Positions 35,101 to 38,035 of a DNA stretch of 64,000 nucleotides are shown here, piece by piece. Below the pieces are notes generated by a model. That model ran no database searches. It was not told the DNA's origin and saw only the letters and a program-made list of their open reading frames with translations. This DNA comes from Schizochytrium sp. TIO01. Its lineage: Eukaryota; Protista; Bigyra: Labyrinthulomycetes. The stretch covers positions 1,612,001 through 1,676,000 of the forward strand of contig SMSO01000033.1 in NCBI GenBank assembly GCA_004764695.1, written 5' to 3'. Numbering within the stretch: position 1 is the stretch's first letter; every line of letters begins with the position of its first letter. The position numbers and the translations under genes are program-made.

Positions 35101-37226
35101 CTGAAAAAGTGACAATCTCATCTCTGTCTCCTGTACCCATGGCAAACGCAAGTTTGTTGCGCACATCTTCATCTAAGGTAATCATACCATTGAACGTTTC
35201 GACGGTAACCGAGAAAATTGAATCAGGGCTAAGTTCCACATCTTTGTCGGCGATTCGAAATCCAGTAATTCGACGTGCCCCATCTTCCTGCAGCTGTAAT
35301 GTAACGTTGTCTCCTTGCTCGACAAGAAGGATCTGAGTTTCTTGATCTGCAGGTTCATAGTATACCTCTGGAGCCTGATTGAAGGCATGGTAAATAGTGA
35401 TAAGAGCAGGTCCTCCACCGAAGCCGTTAAGCAGTTCCTGAGCAGTTTGCCATGCAATATTGTCGCCCCCTTCTTGTCTCCACTGAAGCTTTATGACATG
35501 GGTTCCTGGTGAAAGATTAAGCATTACAGAGCCACGCATAGTTTCAGTAGTGCGAACAAGTGTATCCATAGATGAGCCTTTACCATAAATAACTTGACCA
35601 TTTACCACTAGACGCAATGATAATGCGCTCCAGCGCTCCCAGGTCCAATAGTCCATGTCAGGACGGCCCAATTGAGAAGTAGTCAACGCAAAGCTCACGT
35701 GAACAGTATTAGTATTTGCTACAAGGTTTAAAACATTCACCGCGTTAGGAATATCGAACCATCCGTCTGCGTTAGTGGATGCAGATTGAAGAGCAATTTT
35801 AGTTTTGTCAAGCGTGGCTTTGGAGTTTGTTCTGCTCATAATTACGGCTGTGTGCTCGCCTTCGATGATGAGACTGCGCCCTGAGATGAACCCTCCAAAC
35901 ATTGATGGTTGGGAGAACCAAACAGGTACAGTTGTTCCCCATTTACGCCACTGCAAAGTTACGGTGTGCTTTCCAGCAGCTAATGGTAATAAGAGATCCC
36001 CCGTTAGTACTGAGGAACGATATGTGCGTGACACTGTTCTAAAGACAGAGCCAGATTCACGATATGGAACCCCATCAATAACAAGACGAGTTCCAAGAAT
36101 ATCTGCCTTGCTCAAGACATCTGCATTTGGTGCAGATTGAGGACGGACTTGGAATGGAGTATAGTAAGTGCATCGTCCATTGCCGTGGAAGCGCAAAACT
36201 AAGAGTGCAGTCAGGAACATCAACCCAATCTGCGCTGGAGCTGGAAATTCGAGCTCCGGTTAATGGTTGAGCAGTATAGAAATACTTGTGACGTGCTTTT
36301 ACCATGATACTTCGTGTGCCACCCTGGCCAAGAAGGAGTTGAGGCCGAATAGACCAACTTCGTACGCGATTTCCCCAGCGCCGCCATTGCAAGGTAGCCG
36401 TGTGGTTCCCTGCAGGTAAGCTGGCAATGGCATGGCCGAGAAGGTTTGTTCGTCCTTGTTCAAATGAACTAAGTGGACCTGTATGCGAGCCTGATTGTCT
36501 AAAGGGGACACCATCAATGACAAGACGCATTCCAAGCAAGTCGTCTCCCTCCGACCACCCCAAAGGGTCTGCTCCTGGTTCATAAGCTTTGTCTGCTAGC
36601 ACTGTTGCGGTGTATGTTACTCGAACAGTATATCCCTTATCGAGGACAAAGGTGACGCTTGTATTCGCAACGTCGAACCATGTACCCCCGTCTTCTGCAT
36701 TCAGGATAGCGCTGCTTGTAGGCTCCACGCTCCACAGCAGACCATTATCAAGACTTCCAGCTCCTCGAGCCAAAACAATAAGATACGCTAGGAGAAGGAC
36801 AACCATAGACCCAAATGACTGCCCCCACGAGTCCATATTTGCACGTGCTCGAGTTCTCTGCTGGCGTCTACACAGGGTAGCTCCTGTAGTAAGCCCTGTC
36901 TTGACATTTTTGTATCTTTGGTGGTGTTTTTGGCATTCTCTGATGTGTTTTGAGGCCTCTAATTTGTTCTTGAGTCCTAGTTCTTCAGATGCATAAGTGG
37001 CACTTAATGAGATACCAGCAATACATTGCCTCAGACCTCTTCGGCCGGTATTGGGGTCGTCTCTACGCGTGACCTCAGAGGCAAGTGTTGGTCTAGCCAC
37101 TTCCATTGCCACAGTCTTCATTTTATTGCATTTATGTGTCATCTTCTCTGCCTCGGACCACCTTGAGCTCCGACCGGTGGCGTTCCCGTTTCCTAATTCC
37201 ACATGCGCATTCGACTGTTGGAGCAT
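6639..37226 (-). CDS. Giant (~10,060-10,190 aa) multi-pass cell-surface protein: head repeats, cadherin-like, ~60 IPT/TIG, GCC2/GCC3 Cys repeats, ~10 TM; reconstructed across five 1-nt frameshifts; start at 36836 or 37226
   Basis: Six overlapping same-strand ORFs whose domains continue across each junction. The frame changes +1,+1,-1,+1,+1 sum to +3. A signal peptide occurs only in the first ORF and TMs only in the last. Confidence 0.8.
11029..17358 (-). CDS. Giant protein segment 5: IPT/TIG domains, then GCC2/GCC3 (ephrin-receptor-like) Cys-rich repeats and a final IPT
   Basis: Many CPxGxYC/CxxGTY motifs at ~11810-13810. Confidence 0.85.
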   Translation of the reverse strand: MTCWCVASLGLQVITQLSIVASEAKHFTLQQSFNFHGSEGHCSTPDFAEDDENHHRFLTNRTIWVGLASIEDGRPWTISEQIFTSVPQAVIRSIQPTSGSMYGGTVVLIRGSGFPASGQLHCQFNQGTLSYLVNARRRSSTLLECLSPDFSKHSPQNVIVSVLLNGKKDFVGLEVNGPLIFRYVPLPRIIQMSPSIVRNLGGETITLFGSLFPLKDFENGSEIWCRFGGLVMTPATILSETEALCRTPSTLGELGPQENSFELAIELSGGNGVEYHKPKLNTETLKLTVVAAPTLSNISPTFGSFLGGTVLAISGENFLKTEFCEFRMRGDASDAIRVQAISVTETRLECIVPARPDDRVHYAYITLVGATTTEIARFDYIRDPILHNSSPSIVHVDGGVTIKLFGNHFRQEMETMRCVFTDPDGSTAITQAVMISSEEAECTVPLASSVTVENSVVQLTLNGQELSNSLNLLRWWRAEFIGSLSPAGGSVEGGIITYMTLSEASASTLQKASVMCSIGDSASRAVLDKVSRTVACIVPPSPGHSVQTTKVQVSFDGGQHYVETGFDFSYVRAPKVVKVTPELSDLVDGTVVQIELAEVSPIFTSHSLLDLEGAASESCVELSSNAASKVLSCEINPSLSNQPGNEMILQLQSKGDSGEVLYTPVYRLRNVGRPEVTRLSPEIGYTEGNFEIVVLGHYFVNTDALACKFGGSEALVPAFYISSKEIRCTAPAHAVGPVIVEVTHNGVDFSDGAQVLQYVNGPQIFSLSPDNGPTDGGTWVSVHGMGFLPSSGKFPARCRFGDTETNIAEVVNSTTLRCLAPPYLGRASIASVAFEVSLIDADGKGALSKSTMRFTYLRRPKVLRVYPSSGSYIGGTETLIAVENLHVDSANQSGALLCKFGDSALTPGSLALSYKTRIDLGVSNRISLVACKTPARSEGSSRSEKVFVQISQNSGADFTTASTVEFNYQDEVPSIESIFPLSGPAQAGGTVLTIHGTGFMSSQSLTCRFDGSVSRLARFVSSSEILCQTPPAFSKSGLVDGVSVEISNNGVDFVYAGFKFVYYPDPSVHAVIPSRIVGFGGIPLFVKGSHFKNTTELSCWFGESYMVSALFISPSLVSCTIPTLKASDPSDMLVRVSNNGHDLTTTKVFATIEKGSQPGNYVAMGSLLESPNGTVVSKPYMTNFTLCSPGTFQPRAGQSTCLECPVGYFCPDHGLSKPILCLPGFVCDVLGLREPRTACPAGHFCAPGTKTANLTAFQHSGQMKGETPTKPYFVGLTDDLWSRSALTGFLQFMWASSGSDWVLSRRAGSATGYSSLGHSDSPGYSFDQKYNAKDNSVEIETAPFAEIPRPCPAGTFCRSGVSNITPQLSNFSTPQRCHDGFFCPPGSSMPEGSGACPSGHYCPTSDGALEAIPCPPGTHCPGVGNLKPVDCFPGTYNRFEGQANCTVCPVGHICPGWQRTEPVICPAGFVCYTEALSAPIILCPAGYYCSEGTLTLIRPDHVDSSDVACMPEPRTTDGVPIYPQVGTSCLEHNITVVREELLDMLASTLSPTYLQVVNASLRPLPCAPGTFCLGGVAHNTTIDWVPDTPEGAEAPQTCTEGAYCEWASSTPGGTGACHRGHYCPPGSAYPIHAPIGTFASLTGSIVPTLCFPGTYAPQNSSTECRVCPAGFTCQGYGTYEPTICSAGTYRSLADDVTCKLCPVGTWNQFRGATDISLCEPCPSSRVCGVEAMSNLTQSTACPSGHVCPQGTDSSAQFSYQVPAGYFAYDSTTPDDIFSLKCPEGNFCERGTKGYLRERNKCVAGYYCPPASAAAETMRNRCPRSTSSDSGSSDLTDCEIAGVDVCDKEYGTRSHGTWGWYIQEKIYLPTLTYTTMDGTERAFDSASGSSTSGYIEAEVEVVQRILVVDEDASSPIWSNDTVHVERVCPVQVPAFGGTFLTVIGRNFFNIATTVCRFTVIDHESDAFVLEYGLPSINPPLSSTANILTVPAVFESRTRIRCRLPSRASFAADGANAVETVKYLSVSVSNDGFYFGDTSASIAYVEGSTDLSSGEITSLDLDRIGAEHSDCTGEAISLHPLNAGFFHCISANRSKFDDFQHHNTSHSQDKS
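17246..20026 (-). CDS. Giant protein segment 4: tandem IPT/TIG domains
   Basis: Same IPT motif; the ORF begins mid-domain (SCVSPP). Confidence 0.85.
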   Translation of the reverse strand: MVSCVSPPAFDLSPAEVKVRISTNGGVDYSSNELSFTYSAPPYLLGLQTPKGPWEGGTRIRIKGFDFKPSYSLMCTFTLSRSATAIPLSTEAHYVSPTELWCLSPPFGNSGSPVQVGVTSRGQPLPALCESKDLVFLPYRVLGTKTVTPSRGSALGGIKVRVEFYTDLKHTEESVELIRCRFGTSASVPGRILSSSAKISDLRRVEVECLSPGWPTKEEETVSVGVTLNGEDFYTFPDQKFTFVAHSFDGTMKPQFGPASGGTVLQFQNMRIALSAGAAMWSCTFGSDASEVPAYQLDSSTLSCQTPEGNDGESVIVTLLETISRHVLYRGSFQYQSVLLIAPEGIEPFNVIRFSESTLFHIRGEGFPIMDTLACVFRDPETHDTITESISYLETDNVASCEMGSITEMLWSSLASLEVCISGNGGADVACDTISIAEPLSVLSAEPLRGPRSGGTLVEVKFLWGGILDAYYGPQGFTCRFGNTLVEATELSGTPSYRRLACITPASANTEQGSDEVKFSISWNGKVYSEMQSGSIFTYFDDLSEAHANANPTLGTTEGGEHIYMTGVLDHEKVTHCGFVKIGEKLPFAQIAAKRPDDFGFYCEAPAVELKSGDVHLSTSIIVSYNNGAQWSSTSRGAPYTFYSVPVVRAVEPSSTFANRRTTIDVIGDGFSVSSTSNQALLCVFEDPLSEHSDSFMSTEASFVSRHRVRCSVPETLESERVYLVRVSNTPNAVSVLDYAELQVLPLVELREVEPRYITTHATKPSSVELSIVHSELLYASDHRYALMCSFTADNDFRAETPAALDETLDKVICPLSFIPLQKATSHRKVSVSLRSSLIAGVHISHAPQEISFTAFPPLDLISISPSFGQLRGGTELNLTLDNPVPRLLHDMLVCSFSWIAGDNPAQHRRVGGQTLYTAAKFQFPW
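19975..31563 (-). CDS. Giant protein segment 3: tandem IPT/TIG domains (3862-aa ORF)
   Basis: Recurrent PxxGxxxGGTxxxxxGxxF...CxF...CxxP...SxNG motif about every 100 aa. Confidence 0.85.
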   Translation of the reverse strand: MPQGFYVRFLRRKPASLHQFTRKISSSNQINCHVPQSLYGKLDNATLGSDRLCLRLSIDEGETFSPIHLGPRITRSLDSAHFSPNIWWVDDESGSLKITWEGVESIGALDPSVQAKLACKFLDLQGQVLGISTASVHIGENLETTVVCLPFEQLPTKSSGSIDLQYVSNNGDEVSLLAGQRPFFRVIERPHIVRLSHIKGTQEGGEKVLLQGFHLNGAHFSSTNLLCAFGQKIVQARLISDHTLECVSPAYDQNIAVPVLVSFNNGKQWTCNTKDATVCLFTYVEAVLELSSVNPRILWPGYQLSVNGHGFLDGNVEACVFRFVGQSWTSHITSRATIISNNELTCSVPNHNSPLSAIQDLEVLELEVGLWTESGRLVQGAVNSTSHNVRILPLSLFSLIEPSFGPSLGGSLVYLESSANLYQFADHLACSVSGVRVKVTLVEQNVLACEMPSLALLPQDTEGVELIPIEVSLNGRDFLSATPFFRYIPTLVLESAKPSTVVLGMTKFITFITSSSSMALWKVFAESGSDSIFCRFFQNEGSRVVDVPVHIQPGVDVIGCSLTQFESSISENMSGWWRSILLTVHTEEALSTGLPIQILERSPRAESVEPSIVTEGTSLLVRGSNLLFSETMQCGFGDPIIATSEATVDEQAQTLECNMPRHIYNRLISTGNVVEETAVRISLNGVDFSPLETAPFVRVVKASGTSAAAEGISDVRLLHVVPRFGDIYGGTVITIDGKGFDLYLSTLQVFAPRCIFQSTASHASFSEVSRPAQVLNGTHLTCVTPNHGVQGVAILRVAFWEQDQGQYGTVKFNYAPRPEIFRVTPSAIPAGTSAISFRIHANGLVSSPSLSCHFGDVAGKVVGIISSDGRSVLCEPISIAPLSDEKKYDSLEVMVSNSADEVSSPSLTPVYIHAPMTLTSVKPLNIRAGESNDLRLFGFGFVPAVEMSCVFGPNLLYTRAKFISEEELSCEVPAYLFTPGQYSISLSFHASSTSIDSSFKLVVVPAPSNALPIGTPLSGPLSGGTKLNIPISNDVDPDRSLVCSFEFTNPGESPIQALAWVENSSVACLTPNVESVYLNQTYPQQAVVQVQDKVTGEVVIASQFSFVTPLRLVTASAPSFISSYGGAPVILDGYGFEALDASPICRFASDQNTILGNTLGYIAHIDGRRRLVCITPDLANFFSEVLAGLTVEVSTNNGADFSLPILTGMQTIESANLSTTMPPQIIVDHTGKVLSPQTLVLQGDKFTSASAQYCYLTGATPAFTEAFFINETTVLCEMPESWQVIGDLGNVARLRICANDLEPLENFPSIDISISELPAIVESVPSSCLSEEGTELTVGFSTVLPDTETLSWQCVFKCDELTLGASNLSYTGKCMSPSLPLKFRESGALKTGCALYLATQHEVSSGELGKLLDERQGFPVSFAKPPQVVSRDETGTEVTHIVSMSSDISQSIQVMLETELRLNRGAWNIPIVPHCRYRFYKRVIFEDESIGAPVDFLQVETGFFGPAPGMITCPFPGVASIQAALDSTTWSASEDFVYLDVSYNGVDYSTKSVRIAMLPESVLSVVEQGLVSTQTAWSDYSSSSELILTLTDASLALVETLVDLQVPIALRCRFNGQEVSSANIDQSEGVVLCPLPLLVDSSTEMKVELSTFTTPESFVDLNVVVRPAAHPFQITGIDPASGSLSGGTLVNLFLASSELVRSFPSPSNFACIYTFENSDEVHVEATDVLDNGIVCQTPTVDQEQDVYLSIRLLRENSAHDLLVQTPSSSIAVFHFVAQPQIFSVEPSIVQVMSSEKENAATITMNGADFLVDGVDHTHCMWFKASEEHNNLVDGIPSQAVVISSSVLHCPVPSDLLLYENETMFEVRVTSNFADLTESFAIVSVIPELAIVSNEPSIGFQSGGTHILISGRNLFVEFLYTCDFYSVEGQNRVASTSAFWQDSHHLECRSPAFHSLGAFYIRVRSESPSGESSWVRSEGPLFFEAVSNPVVVDAAPAWADPYSPFTLRLKLVEACVTQFDKLISLETPFFAKVGEGKGVCAKSSKEGLVNKTWDIVCEVPMCSSAKCSDLNAVSLQIGETERDSATVFWDHGQELQVYRAPQAIVANPQTKTISATRATLVRVSGAGFSSTIDLGCAICDAKLSSCIKSRRVLYHSNSMVSCEIPGFIPFLGYQEAEINLARLYVRNDINQWPDDNLQDVIISQKYGDQNEIAFVSIQAIGDVSILRTDPEIPEPGQLVNLHVSMLPLKIPVNCDFGMVQTSAMVIDKHIVACVVPSALEMDFRNENVTLHLLFGSRADVQVESLPFHLRFRRRSLSDYSHSNANTTELIPKSGPILGGTLVTVTLASPIKSSKSTIECQFINSQGQTKFGIVHTLSEDGMRLTCITPQQKGPTISTLRVLQHGVDVVALGTFTFRQAPFVEQSTTSVLPYSPTVSSNVIELSGSGFSSGSLQCKFLRDCFSCHENATYALVSPGHTLSASQAICWLPEGIHDYFGAWSNVKICVSIDEGQSFSQSSVSIELVPYWEIVEVESAMIFAGLGAPLSFLKIYGKNFPANLQLFCLYDNDIEQVQNASFVNNSTLLCPLSSGLFSSGAGHKTVSIRVTDRPGESQISNSELYFVLERAPTISFQEVSDCVLHGRCGVFIINTELADDLTSYSIRCKDSRENHLAVVNLDFGNLLVCALPEIPSEYIRISLNDGLQWIDVQVPVEAWSSFGVTEYFEPTMVPQDGEAVLRIVGQGFMLSKSYTCIFSDRKQKSAAVVVSESEIKCAVPKAVSEQEFQAQRLSVTLQHDSPLYRIEVGHLDVYAEPRLGALIPSQISGVLVEDIVVHGSGFLPATTLMCRVQGYNIAASFLSATAIKCHLPALLEARPGDTFPVGIAINGENYVYTSTNLTVVERFAVDSIKPSNIIVDPKTGLFDFNIVLKKSQALRMVAPVCAITFGSSGQVPILLNVSLSQPHVVRCSGSIMRNRIDFHHSMHATLSFSPNFPGHALTEVSANTAVFLAPILTSTMDKRFIQPGLQNSLKFEGQGFRFNSTYNCLFTVLDEASMRKKWQSRAIVKSSELIVCDTINLTTPGIVSVEVVLEGLEHRLISSMDGTTTLVLEVLPAPRLLGVSPSIALSLGGASVTVYGAGFATDDELLCVWSSQDQQLQVHTSASVLSHGTAECESPLWPSELPPGTSRMVKVRLQGNFGVSAESFPFQLLAPVVVSRAEPTIGPKSGGTPIRILGTFNSLSDTETSPLNAACIFGELRVREPATVISSREIICIAPPLEQLRITDSQVLETTEVGIQIVYGDQPSSASGYIPFTYQDDLILDSLTPNSGSTFGGTPIVVSGYHFSSRDLLVCRFEFPGGDRYSVQGNFVSESQIHCESPRVSQPGSALISISRNGVDFSGSLPWPFVFHPVTTIAGFAPSFGWKSGSTAVSIFGTNIPRSPLLRCEFGYIAVPATWLSPNSVTCLTPAAVSTGKVNIRLSTNGVDAIGVGEFTYVPPIEVQNIIPRAGPARGGTSIRFSLLWDNTLDLESLEDELKTLKCEFQALHANVKSYGAVSKASTNETNVWMCTTPSRSKMSYADDIVVRLLLHEDQTLSEFHFSYHQKVLVHNIWPLSYNSQAGASTMHIIGEGFPNITDLSNDHMFQCKFVKSGIADYFSDARRHSSSLLSCKVPESLSQGIYSFSLVLEGMEVPQRQSSKTLAFQVLDGIGIDNFEPKSGPLFGGSPVYLYGSMLSGVELGDAVCQFGSAGLVKATLVDNGILLCIAPALKWATQEQSEFVIDLKVSLDKESYVNVGEFTYRHVPELESIVPFEAPATGGVQALVSGSNLLEKILPVNLVILLSKGMQFLPLWYRASVLLRLIFLPRR
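31487..36223 (-). CDS. Giant protein segment 2: head repeats 2-3, cadherin-like repeats, first IPT/TIG domains
   Basis: VNPVNDPP, LPVNDAP and TFSGDLESVNDAL motifs, then P..G...GG..I.L.G.N....C.F....C..P IPT patterns. Confidence 0.8.
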   Translation of the reverse strand: MMFLTALLVLRFHGNGRCTYYTPFQVRPQSAPNADVLSKADILGTRLVIDGVPYRESGSVFRTVSRTYRSSVLTGDLLLPLAAGKHTVTLQWRKWGTTVPVWFSQPSMFGGFISGRSLIIEGEHTAVIMSRTNSKATLDKTKIALQSASTNADGWFDIPNAVNVLNLVANTNTVHVSFALTTSQLGRPDMDYWTWERWSALSLRLVVNGQVIYGKGSSMDTLVRTTETMRGSVMLNLSPGTHVIKLQWRQEGGDNIAWQTAQELLNGFGGGPALITIYHAFNQAPEVYYEPADQETQILLVEQGDNVTLQLQEDGARRITGFRIADKDVELSPDSIFSVTVETFNGMITLDEDVRNKLAFAMGTGDRDEIVTFSGDLESVNDALSSFSYIGLLNWNGYDNITVTVNDQGNAGLSVDGPKVASRTINLYVNPVNDPPSLSMPNDQVTDEDEAVAIYGVTIHDVDMDHWRSIHSNGQEPLYQVSLSVSAGTISLASTNDLQFITGSGLNDRTITVLGTLGALNHAVRRIIYLGDENSNGRISEENLVILVNDLGLGSANTEASPQTNLTDRVIIPIDVLPVNDAPTVVLPEASALRLRGYAISDMDLSSSTQDDTQIYTVNLLVSSGQATLSLGSAIGLTFINGSGENESNMTFTGSLRDINAGLSDLVYSRTNSFQGGDDVKLSIDGDIADDYASTRYLDIMFDSDSVDAPTLEHVTPRKVCFEISTPSVLSIHAPLLLVTLREQHAQSLQNGDMVRETGWFCQFGQNLFLSDLRFSPESDELLCDTLTSPGMSREGAVLLRLTNNLNRWTNAIPLITYAAIKVQGVHPTHIGLDGNDLLYLHGENFLLNANDMECFFNVSGTQTYTSALARSSTLATCPTPAGVLSGPGEISVTLTVGRTQSFPEVHNLIVEEDPVFNQPSKGLWGSATGGYTIFLTGSNLLTAKNDLVCSFGAERTHMTMFVESPSLASCLVPSVDYEGVVELNILYRNHTVATYDFVYTSSLHILDVTPAQVTIDASIPINISISKEGDYSSNAFTVDEISLLLADSSWCSFHFERETVRMIGTLSVSDDLTEVWVICPSPTRSYEATATVTVSLNGEENILGSTSTSSVFFRAAPLLLYAEPNVIYASKSTIADERHITLHGVNFNRHLQTKENFSNITCTFTKGKQVVATQFTWLSEHAVQCVVPAWSIVEELVYEQSVLVSISDSATLEPLSVTFVREPSVTAVSPAVVQLGKSIVEIFGPALGNVRALSCGFGNNSSFVYETAMPLDSDRIACSVPLVTSFLEFSSLGIFLSVDQEHWVDSGFQVEIGETNPYFYAVNPHHGFIGEESSHAIRLVVSGVTQDWANARCSFGSPSQPENIVPTLGFNETTSELLCGYPAQSFFPGTLPIYVAVNEIDFVDTGLLFSLHFPLRVFDVSPSVVLVNGGSLIRVNVENAVDSVSLSCVFFDSDSQLTFLEDAYLVGHSLVECVTPVIRTAMSTMHVYVLHRNEDISDLPNDQCVGHCTIDFVAQPLISDVQPDIIMFAETGENTKLSVLHVELSPPLLLTSNASRILCEISTEKTSITASVYAENL
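36075..37226 (-). CDS. Giant protein segment 1: signal peptide (MDSWGQSFGSMVVLLLAYLIVLARG, ATG 36836) plus head repeat 1 and the start of repeat 2
   Basis: Hydrophobic signal; the motif LGMRLVIDGVP..SGS...AGNHTATLQWR recurs in the next ORF. Confidence 0.75.
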   Translation of the reverse strand: MLQQSNAHVELGNGNATGRSSRWSEAEKMTHKCNKMKTVAMEVARPTLASEVTRRDDPNTGRRGLRQCIAGISLSATYASEELGLKNKLEASKHIRECQKHHQRYKNVKTGLTTGATLCRRQQRTRARANMDSWGQSFGSMVVLLLAYLIVLARGAGSLDNGLLWSVEPTSSAILNAEDGGTWFDVANTSVTFVLDKGYTVRVTYTATVLADKAYEPGADPLGWSEGDDLLGMRLVIDGVPFRQSGSHTGPLSSFEQGRTNLLGHAIASLPAGNHTATLQWRRWGNRVRSWSIRPQLLLGQGGTRSIMVKARHKYFYTAQPLTGARISSSSADWVDVPDCTLSFALPRQWTMHLLYSIPSPSSICTKCRCLEQGRYSWNSSCY

Positions 37227-38035
37227 TGCAAGTACCCAAGTCCTGCAGATCGAAGGTGCTCGAGACTCCGCTGAGAAATCCAGCGAGCGTAGGCGTTCTT
37301 CAGACGCTCTTGGCGTCTCTGCCTCTTGTCAATCAAGACGCGAGTTTCAAATTTCAACCAAAAACGTTGATTGACTGATGATTTTCTGATGTCTCGCTTT
37401 GGAAATGGAAAAGAAAAAAAAAAGAATGAAAGAAAACACTTGTCTTTCAATACCATGTTCCCCGTATTACCTCTCACTACCTCCCTTTAAATTATTTTTC
37501 CCCGTGTTCCCCATATCGTCCCAGTGAACGCAGCCTAACGGAAGCGCTGGCTTATTTTTGGGGGCAATCTGGCGCCGTACTTAATTTGGACTCTTTGTTT
37601 ATTTTCAGACGGGAAGTATTTTATTTGCGGCGAGTAAAAGAAAGCGAAAGATACATTGAATCGTTTAATTCTATGTTGGACATGGAGAAGGGAAAACAAA
37701 GCTCGAACCGAGTGGAGGTCGCTGCGCTGCTTGGACTGGCCTAGCTCGCTCTCCACGGCGCACTAGCTATTAGAGTGTTTCCTCAGCTAGCGAAACGACT
37801 GGGTTCTTGTAGCGTCTCGGTCCCACCGTTGGGGAGTTCGTTGAGGTTTGCCTCTTCGCACTTGCAAAGACGGGAGCGAGCGACTAAGACAAACAAACGA
37901 GAACCTTTAACAATAAAGGGGCCATCTCCAGGAGAGTTCGAATTGTGAACCCACCTCGAGGGTACCTGCTGTGCTAAAGCGGCTAGCCAGACACTCATTG
38001 AACCACGTATACGGTGAAGGCGAAATTCATAGAGG

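Noticed and set aside
11029-36223. Introns or Euplotes-type AAA-TAR programmed frameshifts explaining the ORF junctions
   Set aside because: Protein continuity needs only +/-1 nt, no GT-AG excision is needed, and no common shift motif is present.
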